Below are positions 56,131-64,000 of a stretch of DNA of 64,000 nucleotides, one piece after another. The DNA comes from Thalia democratica (taxonomy: Eukaryota), in NCBI GenBank assembly GCA_965202585.1, contig OZ241831.1, positions 46,252,001-46,316,000 on the forward strand, in the 5' to 3' direction. The position numbers and the translations under genes were made by a program. The notes under the pieces are model-generated. The model made no database searches and was not told the DNA's origin. It was given only the letters and a program-made list of their open reading frames with translations. Position 1 is the stretch's first letter. Every line of letters starts with the position of its first letter.

Positions 56131-59100
56131 AAGAACCTAAAAAGTATGGCATTAACAAGAAGTGGCTAAAACAAGTAACAATGTTAAAAAGTAGCTAGAA
56201 GTAAAATAAACAATTGCTTATTATTCTTAATAATCTTGACTGGTACTTGATGTAATTAAATTTTACACATAACATAACCTTGTAAATCACAGTAATGTTT
56301 TAATTGATAGTTTAACCCCTTTTGCTATGCTTGCTTGGTTTTATTGTTATCGCAGACAAATAGCTTTTATTATACTTTTCACTTATGTTTTATTGCTATT
56401 GTAGGCAACAATTTATTTTTATACATGCTTAAATTGTAGCTAGGATTCGGTTTTGTTATTTCCTTGTTAGAAATGCGTTTAAGAAAATACTAATTTTTAC
56501 TTGATAGTAATCTTTTTCTTACTTGTTTATATCCCTTACATAATAAGTAATTACTTCAAAGTTAAAGAAAATTATAGTTTTCTCGAATAAAAGTAAAAAC
56601 AAATGTACTTCTTTATCTAATTTGAAAAAAAAGAAACCTTTTAAAACTATGTTTAACTTTTTTTTAACGAAAACTTTACATAATAGTTTTTTTTTTGTAC
56701 TAAAAACTTATAGTTTTTGTAAAATATGTGTAAACTTTGTATTATGTTAAAGCTTCCATTATTCTCAAAATAATTCCATAATTATTTTAAAAATAAACGA
56801 AACTCAAACTTAAGTCTATTCATTTTTCATAAGAAACTTTGAACTTTTTTGACACTTGACTTGTTATGCAAATTACTTTAAATTGCTTTTTATTTAAACT
56901 TACTTGCGACTTCTTCCTAAGCTTTTTAATTATTTAAACTTTAAGTTTAAAAGTATACTTATTAAATTTTCTATCTAATGTTTTAAAAGTACAAGTCAAA
57001 ATGACAACTATTCTGCTGATTTTTTTTTTAATTGTTTTGAAGCTTTTATTAATTTGTTTTTTGAATTAAAGCTTAATCTGAATTCAAAACATCTATTAAA
57101 TTTTAACAAAAATGAACAACTTAATTCAAATTAAACTTTTTTCTATACTTTTATTAAGTGTTCACAGGTACACCTTACTAGAAGTACTGGTTGTATGTGC
57201 GTGCGATTAATTCGCTCGTTTGTAAAAAGTCTCCTTTTTTCATATCACGCTTTCAATGACAGAAGGGAAAAAAGCAAAGTGTTCTGACTCACTGGAAATG
57301 ATAACAAAATCCTCCCATTATAACATTATAGCTTTGACTTGCTTTTTATTCAAAAGGTGATGTATCATAAATGCAATCTGATTACTTTTTATTATACAAC
57401 TCAAGTATGAGGATCATAAATAAAACTAAAAAACTAATAAATTTATTTATCAAGCTTTATCTCTACTTTATATTTGAAACTAAAAATAATAAAAAACACA
57501 TGATAATCTAGTTTTGAATTTAGGTTTTCTCAAAGTTAGTAGGCAATAAACACTGATGCAATTTGTTTTCAACTATCTACTAAAATCTCACATGTGAGCA
57601 ACAACAACATGATAAAAACATTATGAGCACATTATTTGAAAAGTGTATATGTTGTAACAGTTATAATGAAAAACAATAACAGTTTAACTGTAAACAAATG
57701 TATAAATCTTTAATTAAAATTATTCAAAGTTTTATTTGTAAACTAAAAACGTATCCACAACCGCTATATATTTAAATATTTAAAACAGATACGTTTTTGA
57801 ACTTAAAAAATAGAATTTTAAATCTTTGATAAAAATTTATTAAGAATGTTAAAAATCAATTGCTTGACATAGTATAGAAATTGAATTAACCTATATAATT
57901 CTACAAGCTAGAAAATAATCGATTACAATAGCTCTTGTTTTTTAAACCTAAATCCTGTCTTGAATAAATTTGCATCTGACATTTTTAATTTTAACAGAAA
58001 TTTTTTTTTTTCAAAAATTAGGTTTAACATGTATTTGTTGAATTTAAATAAATTCAAAGGGTTTGTAACGTAATTGTTGTTAACATGTAATACAAACTGA
58101 AAATAATATAATAGTTTTTTTTTGAGTAAAATTACACCACACAACAATATTAACAAAACCACTAATTTATTTATCATAAAAAACTTTAAATTATTAATGA
58201 GCTTATAGAGTACAAACTATAAAAGGAGTACCAAAATTTAAAATAAGTATTACTAAAGTTTTTATTAAAAACAGCAAGTAAAAATTATTTTATAAGTTAT
58301 TTTATTAAAATGTGCTATATTTACTAGCCTAATTTCTATAAAGTAAAAAGTATTTTTCCATTTAGACAAACAAAAAATATAACAATTAAAAGATGAAAAT
58401 AAGTAATTGACCTTAACTTTAATAGTTTAACTTATAACATACTTGAAACTAATAGAAGTAGTTTAAAATTGTAGCTAAAAAACAACAATTACTTTATTAG
58501 CTCAAAAAACCATTTAAACTTTTCCTGAAGTATTTCAATGCTTATTATATAAAGTCTTTATCTAAACTCTAAAACTTTATATATAAATTTACAAAACATA
58601 GAAATTAATTATATAAAATTTAGTAATAAACATAATCAAAAATATTTTTTTTAATATTGTTAATACAAAAAAAAAAACTATAAACATTTTGTTTATTTAC
58701 GTCTTAATTAAAAGTATGAACATAAAAACAATAGTCTAGTTTAACTAATGTTTTTATCTAAGTTTTTTAACTAAGTATTTAAAATTCTTTTAAATGTTTA
58801 ACACAAATTGATTAGATTTTACTAATGTACATAAGTTAAAAATTATGAAATAAATTTCGAGTTTGTACATAAAAAACCAAGTTTCTATATGTGTCTAACT
58901 TAGTTTTAAAAAGTTTATCCTTATGATGGCGCTATAACGGCAGTTTTTAGAGACTTCTTGTGATTAATAATTTAAGATAACTTGATTACTTGACAGCTTA
59001 AATGAATAGAAAAAACCACTTATACGAAAATAGCCTCACGAATCAATATGAAACAAACATAAAACAGAATTCAACTGTTTAGTACAAAACTAAGTTTTAA

Positions 59101-60721
59101 AATCATAAGTGAAACTATAACTAGCTAAATATGAAAAACTAAAAAAGTATAAAATTAAACAAATATTATTTTTGCTATAAATTTAAACACGTTAATAAAA
59201 TGTTTTAAATCACAGAACACAACTTTAAAGCTTTTGAAAACTTTAAAATTTATTTGTAAAAGTCTAGTTAAAAAAATATATGTCACACAGTTATTTTACA
59301 TAATAAAAAAGAACAAAATAAAACTTCTGTCAAATAAAAATAATTCTTTACTACTACATATAGATCAGTACACTTAAACTTTTTAGTATCCACAATTTAA
59401 TAGCTAATTGAAAACACTAAAGCGCAACAGTATAATAAAATATAAAAACATAAATCATAAAAAAATTGACAATGGTAAGACCTCAAGAGTTTAAGAAATA
59501 CTTAGATAAAGTTTTAAAAAATTCAACATATATTAAACGTAAATATATAAATTAAGTGTAGTACAATTAATTATAAGTAGAACAAATAATTGTTTAATTT
59601 ATAAACCCAAAATAACAAAACATTTGAATACACTTTTGTTAATAGCTGCATTTCAAAAAATTCAAGTTTAAAATTTTTGTAACGGGTAGTTTTTATACAG
59701 TTTGAAATTAAGTTAAAAATATCTTTAATTACATAAATAATAATCTATCACTACAATTTAGTCTATCAGTATTATCAAAAATTTTGTATAAATAATAAAA
59801 TCTTATTGTGTCAACGCGATCTAAACTTAATTTATCACAGAAACATAATTCTATGTTAACTGCATAAACATATTATTAAAGTTTTAAATAACTTGCATAC
59901 TTTTCAAAACTTAATACATATTTAAATAAACAAAAGTATTTATTTATTAAATAAACCTATATTTTACTAACCGTCTTTAATTTGTTTTATTATATATATA
60001 AATGTACTAACAAAAATTTCTACTTACCTTTATTCCAAGAGAATTGGGATAATTAGACATAGTTTATCTTTAAATCTTTGCAAAAAGCTTTATTATAGAA
60101 TCTAAAAAAGTTTGTAGACATTATTTTCTGAATGCAACTACTATTAACATAACAAAGTTTTGAATAAACAATAACATTAAACTATTCTAATTAATCTAAT
60201 CTTATATGAGAACGTAGTACAAAATGTACAGTATATAGTATATAACAGTATTTAAACAAAATTTAGAGATAAATGTAAAAAAACAGTTGTTGAAATAAAT
60301 ATTACAACTCTTGTTAAATTTTACTTAAAAATTACATAATGCCAGTTTTTAGTAAAAAAACATTTTTAGTAAACATTTGCTGAAAGTTATTTAAAAAGTA
60401 TTTAAAAAAAATCGATCATATATTATATAAATATATGTGTTAGATTATATGCTGTGTTTTTTTTTTTTTTTAATGCTTGATACTTTATAAACAAACAAAG
60501 AGCAACATTTACAAAAAAAAAGTAATTATGTTATTAAACTCCTTTAAATTACTTTTGTTTATTTGAACTATTTATAACATACATACATGTATATAAATAT
60601 TCCTATTTTAGACTTATGTACACATTGGACTAAAATCAGCTTTAATTTGAATATTAAATAAATATTGACTAATATTTATTTTTAAATTTTAACAGCCTTA
60701 GATAAAATAAAAATTAATGCT

Positions 60722-61380
60722 TTAAGGGCATCTTAAAAAACGTATGAGAAGATAGGTTTTATGTGAAATAGTCTTTTTTTACAATTTTAGTTTGCGCCTT
60801 CCATAAGGAACCTATTGTTGTCTCCAACTTTGACCGGCTATATCTCAAAAATTATGTTGAATTTTTAAAATCTGTAAAAAGCATCTTGTAGCTTAGTTAA
60901 AACTCTATAAAATAAGATCAATTTGTGGAAACAGTGTCAAAATGTAGTTACTAATAATAATAAAACATTTTAATAATAATATCCTTAATAACTATAAAAA
61001 GAAAACCAATGATAATCATATTGATACTAAAGGCGTAGGTATAAATCAATTTTTTCACAATTTCCTCTTAGTTTATAGAGTTTTAATCAAGCTACAAGTT
61101 GCTTTTTGCAGATTAAAGTTCAAAATAAATTTTGAGATATAGCAGGTAAAAGTCGGAGTCAACAATAGGTTCCTTATGGGGGGCACAAAGTAAAACGGCA
61201 AACAAAGTCTGAAAGTTTGAGCTAGTTATCTCTAAAAACGTAGGAGAAGATAGATTTTTAGTGAAATAGTCTATTTTTGCCGTTTTATTTTGTGCCTTCC
61301 ATAAGAAACCTATTGTAGTCTTCAACTTCGACCTGCTTTATCTCAAAAAAATTTTTTTATTTTAAAAATCTGTAAAATTA
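60722..61380. mobile_element. Rearranged fragments of the same TIR family as 62548-63223 (direct, inverted, direct)
   Basis: Shared blocks such as ccataaggaacctattgttg, ctatatctcaaaa and aaatctgtaaaaagcatcttgtagctt occur in both orientations; starts ttaa-gggcat. Confidence 0.75.
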
Positions 61381-62547
61381 TAATATTAACAAATAAAATT
61401 AGAATGAAAATTAAAAATCAATACCAACAAAAAAATAAATAGAAGTTATTGTTATAATAAGACTGATATAAACAAAAATAATAATAAAATATAAAAATAG
61501 TAACAATACTAGTCTCTTTGTTGATATCAATATTTATATATTTTTTTCTTCTTTTTATAACTTATTAGATATTATTTATATACTTTATCAACATTTTTGA
61601 TATTGATGCTATTGTTATTATTATTAGTGATTAATTTTGACACTATTTTATCATATTTCGTCCCTGGTATGTCACTTAGCTCTAAATAATTAATTTACTT
61701 TACATGCAAAAATATTCTGAAAATATGGATGAAAAAAAGTAATATACACATAAAAAAGGTTAAATTTTAAGGGACATGTATAAAAACTACATCAAATTAA
61801 GAAAAAACATAGAACTTTACAATTATAACTTAAATAGTAAGACTAAAATAATAAATAAATACTTTGTTATTTGAGCCATAACTTGGCTAACAAATAGTGT
61901 TGTTGTAAGTACTGCCAGAAAAAAAAATTCCCTAAATCTTTCATTTTAAATTGAAAAAAAAAAACATAAAACCAGGAAATAAAATAAATAACTTTAATTT
62001 AAAGAAACAAATTTAAAAAATGATGCAAAGCTTAAATCATGTTTTTATTTATTTGGTATTTTTGTGACAAAAACAATAATAATACTAAAATGACTATTTT
62101 TTCAAAGGATCTTTGCGTCAAAAATAAGCCCCAATAATTTTTGACTTTTACTTTGTTTAAAAACTAATGAAACGTTCTATTAAAGGTAAAAAAAAAGGTT
62201 TTTAAATTAATAATGGGAAAGTTACGCCATAAGGAAGTGAAGCTATATTGGAAAAAGAGGAAATTTGAAATCCTCTGAGAATCTAGAGTTGTTAATCTAC
62301 ACTAAATTAGAACATTTCTTCCAGAACTTATGTAAAGAAAATTCAGGTTTAATAAAAAATTGTTCTTGAACAAAAGTAATCAGACTCTTTAGTAGCAGCA
62401 AATTAACATTGTTTCTAATGTATGCAAAAAAAGAGACAATGTTTAAAATATACTTTTTGAAAATGGAAACAAAGCAGATTATTTTCTTTTAAAGCTTTTT
62501 GCTTTCTAATTGAATTTAAATGCTTTTTAGATACAAAATAATTTTAA

Positions 62548-63223
62548 GGGCATAGGGGGGTAATAAACACCTTTTGTTTTAATTTGATCTTATTTTATAT
62601 TGTTTTTACTAAGCTACAAGATGCTTTTTACAGATTTAAAAAAATTAAAATATTTTTTGAGATATAGCTGGTCAAAGTCGGAGGCAACAAAAGGTTCCTT
62701 ATGAAAGGCGCAAACTAATACCGCAAAAATAGACTATTTCACTAAAAATCTATTTTCTCCTACGTTTTTTGAGATAACTACCTCAAACTTTTTAGAAATG
62801 TTCCTTGATAAATTTATAAAATTCTGTCAGAAATAATTTTTAAAAAATTATAAAATAAAAATTTTATATAAAAATAAACAAAAAAAAAGTTTTTTTTTTG
62901 TTTTTTTGTTATAAAATTTTTATTTTTTTTAATTTTGTTCCAACAGAATTTTCTAAATATTGCAAGCACACTTCCTGATAATTTGAGGTAGTTATCTCAA
63001 AAAACGCAGGAGGAGATAGATTTTTAGTGATTTCTATTTAATTGCCGTTTTAGTTTGCCCCTCCCATAAGGATCCTATTGTTGCCTCCAACTTTGACCGG
63101 CTATATCTCAAAAGTTATTTTGAATTTTTTAAATCTGTAAAAAGCATCTTGTAGCTTATTAAAAACTATATAAAATATAATCAAATTTAAAAAAAAAAGG
63201 TGTTTACCCCCCCCCCTATGCCC
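62548..63223. mobile_element. Non-autonomous palindromic DNA transposon (676 bp) with TTAA flanks, Kolobok-like
   Basis: TTAA|GGGCATAGGGGGG ... CCCCCCTATGCCC|TTAA, with two imperfect ~330-bp inverted arms. A TTAA TSD with purine-purine termini fits Kolobok better than piggyBac (CCC...GGG). Confidence 0.7.
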
Positions 63224-64000
63224 TTAAACAAAAATCTATAAAAAAAATTACTGGATACTATTTAAAGTTTATTATTATAAGAAATAAAACACAATTTTAA
63301 GTAAAATTTTTTGCAGACATTAGCATGTAGCAAAATTATATTGAATCACTGATAATAAGAAACTGATTACTTTTGTTCAAGAAGATTCTGATTATTTAAG
63401 TAAATCATTTTCTCAATTTATCTAGGGCTACTTGACAACTTAATTTAAAAAGTATTTAAAATGATTAATATTTCTCCTATTTATAGTCAGTCCACTGTGA
63501 AATATGTATTAAAAATATTGATTATTTTTAATGAAATAATTGAATTTAATGATAATAAATGTACAATACTATTTTATTTATTGCAAGATTTTAGTGGGAA
63601 AAAAGTTGCTCTTCATTTTACAGTAAAATGAGCTATATAGATTTTAATTACAATAAACTACAGTGAAATAATTGATAAAATAAACAAAAAATGAAATTAC
63701 ATTCTCAAACTAGTTTTTATTTAACTTAAACTTTTTATTAATTTTTTCAAGTACAAACCTCATTTAAATAAAAGTATTTAACATTGACTGATGAACTTGT
63801 TTTCTTACTTTCTAAGAAAGAAATATATAACTTATTTTTGTTTGATATTCAAGTTTAGTTTCATGTTATAAATAAAAACAAAACAATCCATTCCTAATAA
63901 CAGTACTTTCCACTTGATAAAACTATGGTTGTAAATTTAGTGTCCACAGAACTTTAAGCAGTATAATAACAATCATGGATTAGATAATTAGAAAATAGTT

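Noticed and set aside
57174-57292. Exon-like block upstream of PTBP with a good acceptor (atcatttccag) and AAG|gt
   Set aside because: In-frame TAA relative to the downstream exon; could be a UTR exon but cannot be supported as CDS.

Overview
Very AT-rich eukaryotic (animal) genomic DNA with three main components. (1) An apparently intact, young 18.3-kb Ty3/Gypsy LTR retroelement on the minus strand (6821-25106). It has 679-bp LTRs differing at one position I could find, a 4-bp ATGT target-site duplication, non-canonical TATAAC...GTTATA termini, a PBS and a PPT. It encodes a 1715-aa Gag-Pol (CHCC-type zinc finger, DSG protease, RT, RNase H, integrase; CsRn1/Kabuki-like hallmarks) that starts inside the 5' LTR. 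It also carries a 571-aa membrane glycoprotein with class III viral fusogen-like motifs and a 692-aa unknown basic/coiled-coil protein. This is the candidate novel system: an enveloped, virus-like Gypsy element with extra cargo. (2) A two-exon orphan gene (29507-30961, minus) for a probable type I membrane protein with a coiled-coil tail. (3) A multi-exon polypyrimidine tract-binding protein (PTBP-like) gene (36688 to at least 54849, minus) with all four RRMs and a frame-shifting small exon at the position of the vertebrate autoregulated exon; several of its exons are accompanied by decayed duplicates of their edges. The rest is AT-rich non-coding DNA with two oppositely oriented 15-bp minisatellite arrays and several MITE-like elements. 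All family assignments come from motif recognition by eye, not database searches.
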